The notes beneath the pieces were generated by a model. The model was given only the letters and a program-made list of their open reading frames with translations. It was not told the origin of the DNA and made no database searches. Shown here piece after piece: positions 10,483 through 21,900 of a DNA stretch of 64,000 bases. Within the stretch, counting starts at the first letter, position 1; every line of letters begins with the position of its first letter. Position numbers and translations under genes: made by a program. The DNA comes from an uncultured Verrucomicrobiae bacterium (GTDB lineage Bacteria > Verrucomicrobiota > Verrucomicrobiia > Limisphaerales > JAFGQR01), in contig CAWBHS010000072.1 in assembly GCA_963788655.1 (NCBI GenBank), forward strand, positions 352,001 through 416,000, read 5' to 3'.

Positions 10483-10652
10483 CAAGCTTCAGAGCGCAAG
10501 CGAGTTAGATACTCGAATTGCCGCGCTGAAGCCCAGCAGCGCAGAGGGCGCCGCTTAGCTCATCGGGGATTCAGCCGAGGCATGAACAAACCGCCTCCCC
10601 CTAGTCAAATCAGTTTCAATGGTTCGTTCAATAAATGAGAACCGGCAGTGGC

Positions 10653-10865
10653 TCAGGCAGGGCGGCTTGGCTCGTCATTGCGCGTCATCCAGAATTCTTG
10701 CTTTGAACGGCTTGAGGGCTGCGGTGATATTGGATCTGGCACTTCACTCGGACTGGGGCTCGGACTTGGGTTGCCTTCCATCACGGTCGGGCGGGGCCGG
10801 ATCGGTTTAGGACTGTACTGGGGTTTAAGTTTGGCGGGTTGTTTAAGGTCTAGCGTCGTATTCAT
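10653..10865 (-). CDS. Small Pro/Ser-rich protein (70 aa)
   Basis: ATG ORF co-oriented in the cluster. Contains NPSPSPSPSEVPDPISPQPSS. No family recognised. Confidence 0.45.
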   Translation of the reverse strand: MNTTLDLKQPAKLKPQYSPKPIRPRPTVMEGNPSPSPSPSEVPDPISPQPSSRSKQEFWMTRNDEPSRPA

Positions 10866-10899
10866 TGTGTTGGTTCTGTTTACCGTTGGTTCGCTTGGT

Positions 10900-11076
10900 T
10901 TAGGTGGGTATGTCGTGTTGCGGAGGTGCCATCAGTCCCCGCAGAGAGTTTGACAGCAAATGCGGCGTCCTTGGGCGCGACTGGTTTAGGCGTGTCGAGA
11001 TCCTACTCAGAAGTTCCCGTTTGATCGAATACAGCTTCCGATCCAGTGGTTCATGATCTTGCAGTTTGAATTTCAT
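10900..11076 (-). CDS. Small protein (58 aa), not in ORF track
   Basis: Hand translation gives MKFKLQDHEPLDRKLYSIKRELLSRISTRLNQSRPRTPHLLSNSLRGLMAPPQHDIPT*. AAGGAA Shine-Dalgarno 5 nt upstream. Lies directly after the ECF gene. Confidence 0.45.
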   Translation of the reverse strand: MKFKLQDHEPLDRKLYSIKRELLSRISTRLNQSRPRTPHLLSNSLRGLMAPPQHDIPT

Positions 11077-11132
11077 GTATGTTCCTTGCTTCGTTAACCA
11101 TTTGAATTTGCGCCTGCGACATCGCCAGCCAT

Positions 11133-11804
11133 CTAACCAATTGACGGCTGATCCTTTGCCGTCTGATGGGCCAGGGAGGCTTCATACCGTTGCAACTGTT
11201 TGATCTCGTCTCGAATCAGTCTTGCGACTCGATGTTTGGCCAAATAAACTTGGGCGGAGCCAATCTTAAAACGGGTGGTGATTACTTTGACGGGCCACTG
11301 TTTAAACACGTAGAGATCAAATATCTGGAATTGTTTCGGCTTGACCTTGTTTTTGACCCGCGCAATCGCCACATCCATCAGATTCTTCTCCCATTCGGCA
11401 TCCCAAATATCCCCTGGCGCGACAGAATTGGGATCCGGCAGGCGCTCAATGGCATCGGTTCGCTTCGTGTCATCCGCGGCGGGAACCTGACGACAGTCGT
11501 TGCGAGGCATACGCTTCCGCAGTTGATCCGTGATCCGACACCTCGTAATTCGCAAAAGCCAGGCTTTGAATGAGCCGATGCTGGGATTGTAACGGAAGGT
11601 GGGAAGATGCTTTGAAACCGAAATGATGGTTTCCTGCACGACATCCTGAGCTTCAGCGTCGCTTAAGCCGGCCCTGCAGGCGGTGGTGTAAATCAACTTC
11701 CAATACAGTTCAAAGAACTCACGCCAACTGTCCTGGTCCTGCCACTGTCGCAGTCGGACCAGCAACGTGTCTCGAGTTGGCAAGAATTGATCTGGTTTGC
11801 CCAC
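11133..11804 (-). CDS. ECF sigma-70 factor of the type usually paired with Ser/Thr kinases in PVC bacteria
   Basis: PTRDTLLVRL..WQDQDSWREFFELYWKLIY...DAEAQDVVQET...GSFKAWLLRITR...VYLAKHRV. GTG start. Confidence 0.9.
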   Translation of the reverse strand: MGKPDQFLPTRDTLLVRLRQWQDQDSWREFFELYWKLIYTTACRAGLSDAEAQDVVQETIISVSKHLPTFRYNPSIGSFKAWLLRITRCRITDQLRKRMPRNDCRQVPAADDTKRTDAIERLPDPNSVAPGDIWDAEWEKNLMDVAIARVKNKVKPKQFQIFDLYVFKQWPVKVITTRFKIGSAQVYLAKHRVARLIRDEIKQLQRYEASLAHQTAKDQPSIG

Positions 11805-12120
11805 GCCCTATTAATACGGCGATGGCGACCGTTTCTTTCAAGATATTTTCCGGAGTTTTCAAAAGGCATTGACGGTGGGCTTCATGAATTGGTTGACGCA
11901 GCTAGTTGAAAGGGTCCTGACCCCGAGGGACACCGCGCCTGCCGCCGCCATTGAGACAAGGGCTGATGAGCTTCGGCCCATTGCTTATATCCAGGAATCC
12001 CAGGATGCGCGTGAACACAGAAAAATGTGCAGATTCCAGACCGGTATCCCGGCGAGGTAAATGTCCTGGCGAATTTGCGAGTTGATATGAGCGCCATTTT
12101 GTGTCTTAATCTTCAGATTC

Positions 12121-12732
12121 ATGCACCACTGTCGTATGTTTGAAGTATTGTGGTGTGCCGTGTTGTCGCTTGCTCTTTCTCCGGCGCGCGCCGCGGTCAC
12201 CCAAAACATCCTGATCAATGAAATCGCCGCGCCTACGGACTGCCAGGATCTGCTGCGTCCCAAGAACAATTCCAATGGCTTCAATCACTTTGGATCGGAA
12301 ACAAGCGCTATGGCGATGCTGACGGTGCTGAAACCGGATCCTGCCGGTGACGGCTTACCGTTCTTATGGGAAACGGCCATTGGCCCGAGTGACGACGATC
12401 TTGATGACGCCGCTTTGGATCCAGAGCCAGACAGCATGACGAATCGAGAAGAATTCCGGGCCGGCACTGATCCTCGGAATGATCGGAGTTCCTGGCAAGT
12501 CAGCCGCATTGTCCTGGCCCCAGGCGCTTGGGCAGTTCGCATGGATTTCTATGCCGTGGGCAACCCCGGTTTCTGCGTACTTTGCCGTGATACTGTGTCA
12601 CTGGGGACCTGCATTTCCAGCGCTGAAGTTCCATCGCTGCTTAATGATCGGATATTCGGAGTGGCCAACGCCAAGCCTGGCGACGCTCATTTTCGGGATT
12701 ACCGGCTGACTATCCTTGGGATTTCCCCCTAA
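12121..12732 (+). pseudogene. Internally deleted, degenerate relative of the LTD/CotH giant surface proteins (or a minimal family member)
   Basis: Signal peptide (..SPARA), LTD start NILINEIAA, end of an Ig strand (FGSETSAMAMLTV), Ca-binding repeat GDGLP..WE...MTNREEFRAGTDP, decayed C-terminal domain (..RDYRL). Confidence 0.6.
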
Positions 12733-12872
12733 CCAAACACCCGCTTGGGAGAAATTTGCCGTTGTGACGTTTCATAAAGAAGTATTAATCAAAGAGCCAG
12801 CCGAAGCCCACGGCGGTTGCGGGAACCCCGTTATCGTTAATTTCAGGTGGGATTTTTGCTGGAGTTTTTTCA

Positions 12873-12899
12873 GAACTTTTTCGTCTATCATTCATCTAA
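12873..12899 (+). promoter_or_regulatory. Sigma-E-type ECF promoter
   Basis: GAACTT (12873-12878), 16-nt spacer, TCTAA (12895-12899), about 60 nt before the start at 12961. Matches the RpoE/AlgU consensus. Confidence 0.6.
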
Positions 12900-12960
12900 A
12901 AAACATGTTAGAAGACTCGCTATCACCTGCGGTTGTAGTGTTTGCAGGAAAGGTCCCCGA

Positions 12961-15900
12961 ATGAGTATGCAAAATCTTGTCAAGACGTGCCTCACCCTGG
13001 CTTCATTGTGCTTTGCGGCAGCTCCACTCGCGGCTGCTCCGGTCAATGATGCTTTTACCAACCGGATTGCGCTCCGCGGACTGGTGGTGACCACAGTGGG
13101 CTCCAACACCGACGCCACGCGGGAATTGGGCGAACCTGACCATGTGTTGGGTACCGGAGACCGCTCGGTTTGGTGGAGTTGGACCGCTCCATTCACCGCG
13201 GACGGCTTGGTCAGCATCACCACTTCGAACAGCAGTTTCGACACATTGCTCGCCGTGTACACTGGCACGGCGCTTTCGAACTTGACGCTCGTATCCAACA
13301 ACGACGACGCCACGGGAATTTGGCCACAAAGCGGTGTCGAATTCACCGCGGTGGCAGGCACGGTGTATCAAATCGCCGTTGATGGATTTGGCCGGCCCAA
13401 TTCCGCCTCGGGCAACATCCAACTCAACATTGCGGGTTCCACTACGGCCACCCCTATCATTCCGCCCATCGTGCAAGTGGTCCAACCGGCCAACCACGCG
13501 ATTCTGCCGTTGGGAAACATTTCCCTGGTGGCCGACGCCTACGATAACGACGGCGCCATAACCAATGTGGCGTTCTACCAGGGCACAACCGAAGTCGGCC
13601 ATGACACGTTGCATCCCTACAGCGTTACTTTGAACGACGCCACGGTGGGCGATTACCAATTCCGAGCGGTCGCCTGGGACAGCAGCGGCATGGTCACCAC
13701 TTCCGCGGTGGTCCAAGTGTCGGTGGTTGTCAATCCGCCGCCGTTGGTGAGCCTGACTTCGCCGACTAACACTCAAGCCTTCCAAGTCCCTCTCAATCTT
13801 GCCCTGACCGCTTCGGCCACGGACAGCGATGGCATTGCTGGGGTTTGGTTTTTCTCCGGCACCAACCAACTGGGGTTCGATACGAATAGCCCTTACACCA
13901 TGGTTTGGAGCAACGTGCTGGCGGGGAACTACGCGTTGCGGGCGCTGGCCATGGATTCGCTTGGGGCGATCGGCACTTCCGCCGTGGTCAACATCACGGC
14001 GACCGGTAACTATCCGCCCACGGTGCAGATGACGAACCCACCCAACCAGTCTGCCTACTCCGTGCCGGCCAGTCTGGTGCTCGGCGCCCAGGCCTCCGAC
14101 TTGGATGGCACCATTGACAAGGTCGAGTTTTATGAAGGCGACTCCCGGTTGGCGGAATTGTTGAGTGCGCCGTTCACGTTTGCCTGGAACAACGTCACCA
14201 CGGGCGAATACGTCTTGACCGCGGTGGCGACGGATAATGGGGGCCTGACGGCCACGTCGCCGCCGATCAGCATTACCGTCACTCAGCAGGTATTTACGAT
14301 GACCAACACTTTGGTGGCGGCCGGTTCGGATTGGAAGTACCTGGATGACGGTTCCAACCAGGGCACGGCTTGGGCGGTCGCGAGTTTTGATGACAGCGGC
14401 TGGCTCAGCGGTCTCGCGCAATTGGGATACAGCAATGGCGAAGAGAACGACGAAGCGACGTTGCTCAACTACGGACCAGATCCGAACAATAAGTACATCA
14501 CCTACTATTTCCGCCATGCGTTCTCGGTGACCAACGCCAGCAGCTACACCAATCTCTCACTCCAGTTGCTGGTCGATGACGGCGGCGTGGTCTATCTGAA
14601 CGGGCAGGAAGTCCTGCGTTATAATCTGCCCGACAGCACCATTGGGTATCAAACGTTGGCCCTGCAGGTCGAGTTCGGACGGCGACGTTGTCTCCGGCGA
14701 GCTGGATCCGTTGCTGCTGGTTGAAGGCACAAACGTCTTGGCCGTGGAGATTCATCAAAACGCCGGGACCAGTTCGGATTTGAGCTTTGACTTGCTGATG
14801 GATGGCATCAGCAGCCGGAGCTTCAGCAATGGTTTGCCGGTCGTCAGCATCACCAGTCCATTGGATGGCGCCAGTTACAACGTCCCGGTGAACCTTCCGA
14901 TCACCGTGTCGGCCGAAGACGACTTCGGTATCAGCAAGGTGGCCTTTTACAATGGCGCGGCGTTGCTTGGCGAGGACAGTTCCTTCCCTTACAGCTTGAC
15001 GTTAAACAATGCCATCGCTGGCGATTACGCGCTGCGCGCCGTGGCCACGGATTTGTTTGGGCTGGCGGCGACTTCGACTGTTGTGAACGTCTCGGTGACC
15101 GGCAATTATGCGCCGTTCGTGGCCATTACCAATCCGGTGGACCAGGTGCATATAGTCGCGCCGGCGAACTTGATCGTGGCAGCGGACGCGTTCGACTTGG
15201 ACGGCACCGTGACGCGCGTCCAATTCTATGCGGGCACAACTTGGTTGGGCGAAACCAATGCCGCGCCCTTCCACATCGCGTGGAATAACGTCGGAGTAGG
15301 GGACTACGACCTGACCGCGGTGGCTACCGACAACTCGGGCAACTCCCGGACTTCCGCCGTGGTCCACGTCGCCGTGATGTTGAATGTACCGCCGACCGTC
15401 ACGATTGATAATCCGACGCCCAACGCGTCGTTCATCAACACCGAGGTCATTCCCATTTATGTGACCGCCACGGATCCGGACAACGGGGTTACGGAAGTGG
15501 ACTTTTACCAGGGAACCACGCTTTTGGCTCAGGACATGGGCAGCCCGTATGAATTCACTTGGAGCATTATGACCACCGGCACCTATCACTTGACGGCGGT
15601 GGCCATCGATGCCGGGGGCTTGAGTTCAACCTCGGCTCCGGTACGCATCACGGTGGTCGATCCCGCCCACGCTTATGGTGGCTTGGGATTTGATGGGATC
15701 AACGATTACGTAACATTTGGCCAGGCACCGCAATTGGGTTTGGCGACGTTCACGCTGGAAACTTGGTTCAAATGGCGCGGGACCGGCGTGGCCATCAGCA
15801 CCGGCGGCGGTGGCGTGCGGGCCATTCCGCTGATCGCCAAAGGTCGCGGTGAAGCGGATGGGAACAATCTCGACATGAATTACTTCCTGGGCATCGATCC

Positions 15901-18900
15901 CGATGCCGGCGTGCTGGCCGCCGACTTCGAGGGTGACGCCGGACCATGGGCCGGGGCGGCGCACCCGGTGACCGGTGTGATGCCCATTACGCCTGATGTC
16001 TGGCACCATGCCGCGGCAACCTATGACGGCAACGAATGGCGGCTGTATCTCGACGGGCAACTGGATACCGAATTGGCTTATGGGCATCGTCCGCGCGCCG
16101 ACAGCATTCAACACGCGTCGCTGGGTAGCGCCTTGGATTCCACCGGCGCGCCCTCCGGCTATTTCGGTGGCGTGCTAGACGAAGCGCGGATTTGGAACTA
16201 CGCCCGGAGCGCCTCGCAGATTGCCAGCAATCGGGTGATTCAGATCGAATCCGAAACCGGACTGGTCGGCCGCTGGTCGCTCGATGAAACCAACGGCTTG
16301 ACCGCCTTCGACAGTTCCGGTAGCGGCGTGAACGGCACGTTGATGAACGGTCCGTTTTGGACGCTGGGCTATTCCTTTACTGTCCCGCCCACGGTGGAAA
16401 TCACCAGCCCGGCCAGTCAGGCGGTATTTTACACGCCGGTGACCATTAACATCGACGCCACTGCCGCCGACGAGGACGGCACCATCAGCAAGGTGGAATT
16501 CTACGCGGGCACCAACAAGTTGGGCGAAGTCACCGGCAGTTCCTACAGCTTTGCCTGGGTGACGCCGCCGCCGGGATACGTCGATTTGACGGCGGTGGCG
16601 ATTGACAACACCAGTCTCGCGACGACCTCGGCGCCGGTGAACATCCTGATCGAGAACTCCATCGTCCAGTTGACCAGTCCGACCAATACCGCCCGGTTCG
16701 TGGCGCCGGACCCGGTGCCCCTGGCCGCGTCGGTCTCGGATACCAACGGGACGATTGACCGGGTGGACTTCTATGACGGGGACACACTGTTGGGCGGCAC
16801 CACCGACCGGCCTTTTACGTTCGAATGGAACGGGGCCGATTTGGGCGAACACCGGCTAATGGCCGTCGCCAATAATGACGGGGGCATTCAGGAAACCTCC
16901 GCCATCATCACCGTGGTGGTGGTCAGCAACATTCCGCCCTCGGTGGCCATCCTTTATCCGGCGGACAATGCGTTCTTCTACTATCCGACGAGTGTGACGT
17001 GGACCGCTACGGCCAACGACAGTGACGGCAGCGTGACCAACGTCGAGTTCTATGCCAACGGCGTGAAATTTGCCGAGGAGAACACGGTTCCGTATCGGCC
17101 GGTATGGTCCAATCCGGACCTGGGCAATTACGAGTTGACCGCCGTGGCCACCGACAATCGCGGTCTGACCGCCACGTCGGCCGTGGTACATGTGTCCGTC
17201 GAAACCAATGCCGCGCCGCTGGTGGCCATCACACAACCGGCGGATCATCGCGGCTACATTGCGCCGGCCAACGTAAGTATCGAAGTGAGCGCCACGGATC
17301 GTGACGGTATTGCGCGGGTCGAATTCTTTTCCGGTGCCGGCAAGTTGGGCGAAGTGACCAACAGTCCGTTCAACTTCACTTGGAGTGGCGTGCCGATTGG
17401 GGAATATCAAATTCACGCAGTGGCCACCGATCCATTCGGCCTTTCCGGAACGTCCCCAACGATCAGCATTTCGGTCACCAACAACGATCCGCCGGTGGTG
17501 GCCTTGACGAGTCCCACCAACAATGCCGTTTACAGCGACTACGACACTGTTCCATTGGCGGCGACAGCCAGTGACTCGGACGGTATTGCGCGCGTGGAGT
17601 TTTACGACGGCAGCATCCGGTTGGGCCAGGATACGACGAGTCCCTTCGACTTTTCCTGGAACCAACCGGCCAGCGGGGGGCATTTGTTGACCGCGGTGGC
17701 CACGGACGGCGTCGGCCTCCAATCCACTTCCGCGCCGGTCAGTATTTCGGTGATCGGCTCGGTGACGACGACGAATTTCCTGGTCTCCATGGGCGAGCGT
17801 TGGAGCTTATCTCGACAACGGCTCCAATCAAGGCACCGCCTGGCAGAACCCGGGGTTTGACGACACCACCTGGAATTCTGGCTTGGCGGAATTGGGTTAC
17901 GGCGAAAACGACCAGGCCACCGTGGTGGGCTACGGTCCCGATCCGAACAACAAGTATCCAACGACGTACTTCCGGCATACCTTCGTATTAACCAATGCCG
18001 CGGCCTACAATTCGCTGGCTTTTCAGTTGAAGTTCGACGATGGCGGTGTGGCGTACCTGAATGGCACTGAGATTCTGCGGGTTAACATGCCGGGCAGGCA
18101 CGATCAACTACAATACCTACGCTTCCGGAAACGGCGAGAATTCAATGGTGACTGATTCCGCCAACGCGGGGCTGTTGGTCAACGGCACCAACATCCTGGC
18201 TGTCGAGATTCATCAGGACGCCGGGCGACAGCTCGGACATCAGCTTCGATTTCGAACTCACCGGCGTGTTCAACAATGCCTTGCCGACCGCCTTCTTCAG
18301 CACCCCGGCCAACGGAGCAGTCTTCACGGCGCCGGTGGACATTCCCGTTGGCAGTGGACGCCTTTGACACCGACGGCAGCGTGGCCAAGGTCGAGTTCTA
18401 TGTCGATGGCGAGAAACTGGGCGAAGACACTTCGGCGCCATTCGAGTGGCTCTGGAACAACGTTTACTACGGCGGCGACTTCACCTTGACCGCCGTGGCC
18501 ACCGACAACGCCGGCGGCCAAACCAGTTCGCCCGATGTCCATATTTCGGTGCTGGGCAATCACCGGCCGATCGTCAGCATCACGTCACCGGCAGATGGTT
18601 CGGCGATTGTGGTGCCGTCCACCATCACTATTACGGCTGACGCCATCGATCCGGACGGCAGCGTGACCAACCTGGCGTTCTACGCGAACGGCAGCCTGCT
18701 TACGAATGAAGTCGCCGGTCCTTACGCGTTCGACTGGACGAACGCGCCGTTGGGCGATTACGTGTTGGAGGCAGTCGCCACGGACAACGAGGGCTTGTCG
18801 ATGACTTCCGCGCCGGTGGTCGTGGCGCTGGTCAACACGCCTCCGCCGCAGGAACTGATCGTCTGGGGCGACGAATGGCGTTATCTCGACGATGGCTCCA

Positions 18901-21900
18901 ACCAGGGGGCGGCCTGGCAGGGAGTGAAGTTTCGATGACACGCTGTGGCCGCCGGGCAATGGCGCAATTGGGTTACGGCGAGGGCGACGAAGTGACGGGG
19001 AGCTATGAACCGCAGCGGCCAACAGGGTATATCACTGGACCATTCTATTTCCGCAACAGTTTCGTGCTGACCGATCCGACGGTCTATAAATCGCTCGCAA
19101 ATGACCGGTGATCATTCGATGATGGTGCGGTGGTGTACCTCAATGGCACGGAAGTGGTGCGCCACAACTTGCCCTCCGGCACCATCTCCTCCACCAGCGG
19201 CGGCTCCGTCACCGGCGAAAACGACTTGGTTAGGAACACTCAAGTGCCGCCCAGGTGTTACGCTCCGGCACGAATGTGGTGGCCGTGGAAGTCCATCAAC
19301 AGACACCGGGAACAGTTCGGACATTAGTTTCGATCTGGAACTCATTGGCAGCACCACCAATGCCTTGCCCACCGTCATGCTCACCAGCCCGGCGGACCAG
19401 GCGGTGTTGATATGCGCCCGCCAACATTGCCCTGACGGCGACCGCCAACGACAGCGACGGTAGCGTGACCAACGTCGAGTTCTACGAGGGCGGGGTGCTG
19501 CTGGGCGCGGACACGACGCCCCCCTACAGTTACTTCTGGCAAAACGTCCCCTCCGACCTCTACCAACTGACGGCGGTGGCGTACGACAACTTTGGCGATA
19601 CCTCCACCTCCAGCGTGGCCCATGTGTATGTGGTGGTTTCCACCGCGCCTACTGTCGAGTCGTTCAATCCGCCGGGCGGCAACATCAGCAGTTTGCGGCA
19701 GGTTACCGTCAATTTCGGTGAACCAGTCGATGGCGTGGATGCCGCCGATTTGTTGATCAACGGCGTCCCGGCAACCAGCGTGACCGGTGCCAACGCTCAA
19801 TACACCTTCACCTTCCCGCAACCTACCGAGGGCCTGGTCAATGTGACGTGGGCGGCGGACGCGGGCATTCTCGATCGCGAAGATCCGCCCCAGGCTTTCA
19901 ACACTCCGCGCCGGCCAATCAGGTGAGTTATAATTTGGTGGACGTGGAACCGCCAACGTTGGTGAAGATTGATCCCATCCCCGGGGTGACCGTGCCGGCG
20001 CTCACCCGGATCAAAATCACGTTCAGCGAACCGGTCGGTGATGTTCAGGGATCGGATTTGCTCGTCAATGGCGTGCCGGCGCAAAAGGTCACCGGCTCGC
20101 TGGAAGGTCCGTATGTGTTTGAATTCCCGCAGCCCGTGCCCGGCCCGGTGCAAATCGCCTGGGCTACGAACCACGCCATTCACGACTTTGCGCAGGCGCG
20201 TAATGAATTTGTCCCTACGCCGTGGGCTTATACGATCATGACCGCACCGTACGAGTTGGGGGTGCTTATCAATGAAATCATGTATCACCCGGCCTCAGAA
20301 GCGGTGAGCGAGGAATACGTCGAACTGTATAACACGAACAATGTGGCCGTCAGCCTTGCCGGTTGGACGATCACGGGCGGCATCGACTTTACCTTCCCGG
20401 ACGTCACGATTCCCGCCGGCGATTATCTGGTGGTGGCGGCGAATGTGGCTGGCTTTTCCGCCCGTTATTCCGGCATCACCAATGTGGTCGGCGGCTGGAC
20501 CGGACGGCTGAGCAACGGCGATGACAACCTCCGGCTGCGTAACGCGCTGGGCGATGTGGTGAACAGTGTGAGCTACGCCGACGAAGGCGATTGGGCGGTG
20601 CGAGTGCGTTCGACCATGTATCCGCCCGGCTGGGAATGGGCCAGCGAAGCTGACGGCGGCGGCAAATCACTCGAGTTGATGAACGCCAATCTACCCAATG
20701 ACAATGGACAGAACTGGTCGCCAAGTCTCGTAGATAACGGTACCCCGGGCCGGGCCAATTCCACGGCCTCCGGCAATATTGCCCCGTTGATTTATAACGT
20801 GGCGCACTATCCGCTCCTGCCGTACGCCACCAACGCCGTGACGGTGACCGCCCGGATCATCGACGAAACTCCGTCCGGCCCTACGACCGTGGTGCTCCGT
20901 TACCGAAATGCCTCGAGTTCGTCCGCGCCCCCCTACACGTTCAGCACGGTGGATATGTTCGATGACGGGCTGCACAACGATGGCATTGCCGGCGATCATG
21001 TGTACGGCGCGGAACTATCCGCCATGTCGAGCGGGCACGATCATGGAATTCTACGTTTCGGCAACCGATGGCTCCGGCAACACGCGCAACTGGCCGGCGG
21101 CGGCGCGGGAATCGAATGGCACGCCTGTCCAGTACGCCAACGCGCAGTATCAGGTGGATGACGGTTCCTACACGGATGCCATGCCTATTTACCGTCTCGT
21201 CCTGACGGGTTACGAACGCCAAGTGTTCCAAAACCTCAACAACAATAGTGACGCTGAAATGAACGCCACGTTGATTACCAGTGACGGCGCGGCCACCAAG
21301 TTGCGTTACAACGTCGGCATGCGCATCCGCGGAGCCGGTTCTCGTGGCCGCAATCCGAAGAATCTCCGGGTCAATATCCCCCGCGACCGACTGTGGAACG
21401 GCATTTCGGAGATGAATTTGAATGTTAATTTCATTCACTTGCAATTGGCCGGCAGCGTCCTGGCGCTCAAGTCGGGCTTGCCGGTGGCGGCTGCGCGAGT
21501 GCTTCAGGTGCGGCTCAACGGCAGCAATCTGGCCTACTCTGGCAATCCCCAAAATGGTTCAGGACAAGGTTCCGGCTTCGGTTCTTATGTTTTCGTCGAA
21601 CCCATCGGTGGCGAATGGGCGGCGTTGCACTTCCCCGACGACCCGAGTGGGAACGTCTATCGGGCTTCGCGGGCGCCGTGGACGGCCAACCTCGACTATC
21701 AGGGCACTGATCCGTTTACCTATCAAAATCTGGGCTACTCGAAAACGTCCAATCAAAGCGACAACGATTGGACTGACCTCATTGAGCTGACTTACGCCTT
21801 GTCGCCGAATACGTCCGATGCCTCGTATGTTCAGACGGTCCAGCAGCACGCCAACGTGGAATTGTGGATGCGGTATTTCGCGTTCTGTAATTACATCAAT

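Noticed and set aside
10560..10601. 7-codon ORF MPRLNPR with a GGGGGAGG RBS ahead of the triple GT
   Set aside because: Too short, and the RBS spacing (10 nt) is long. It cannot be told from chance without Ribo-seq.
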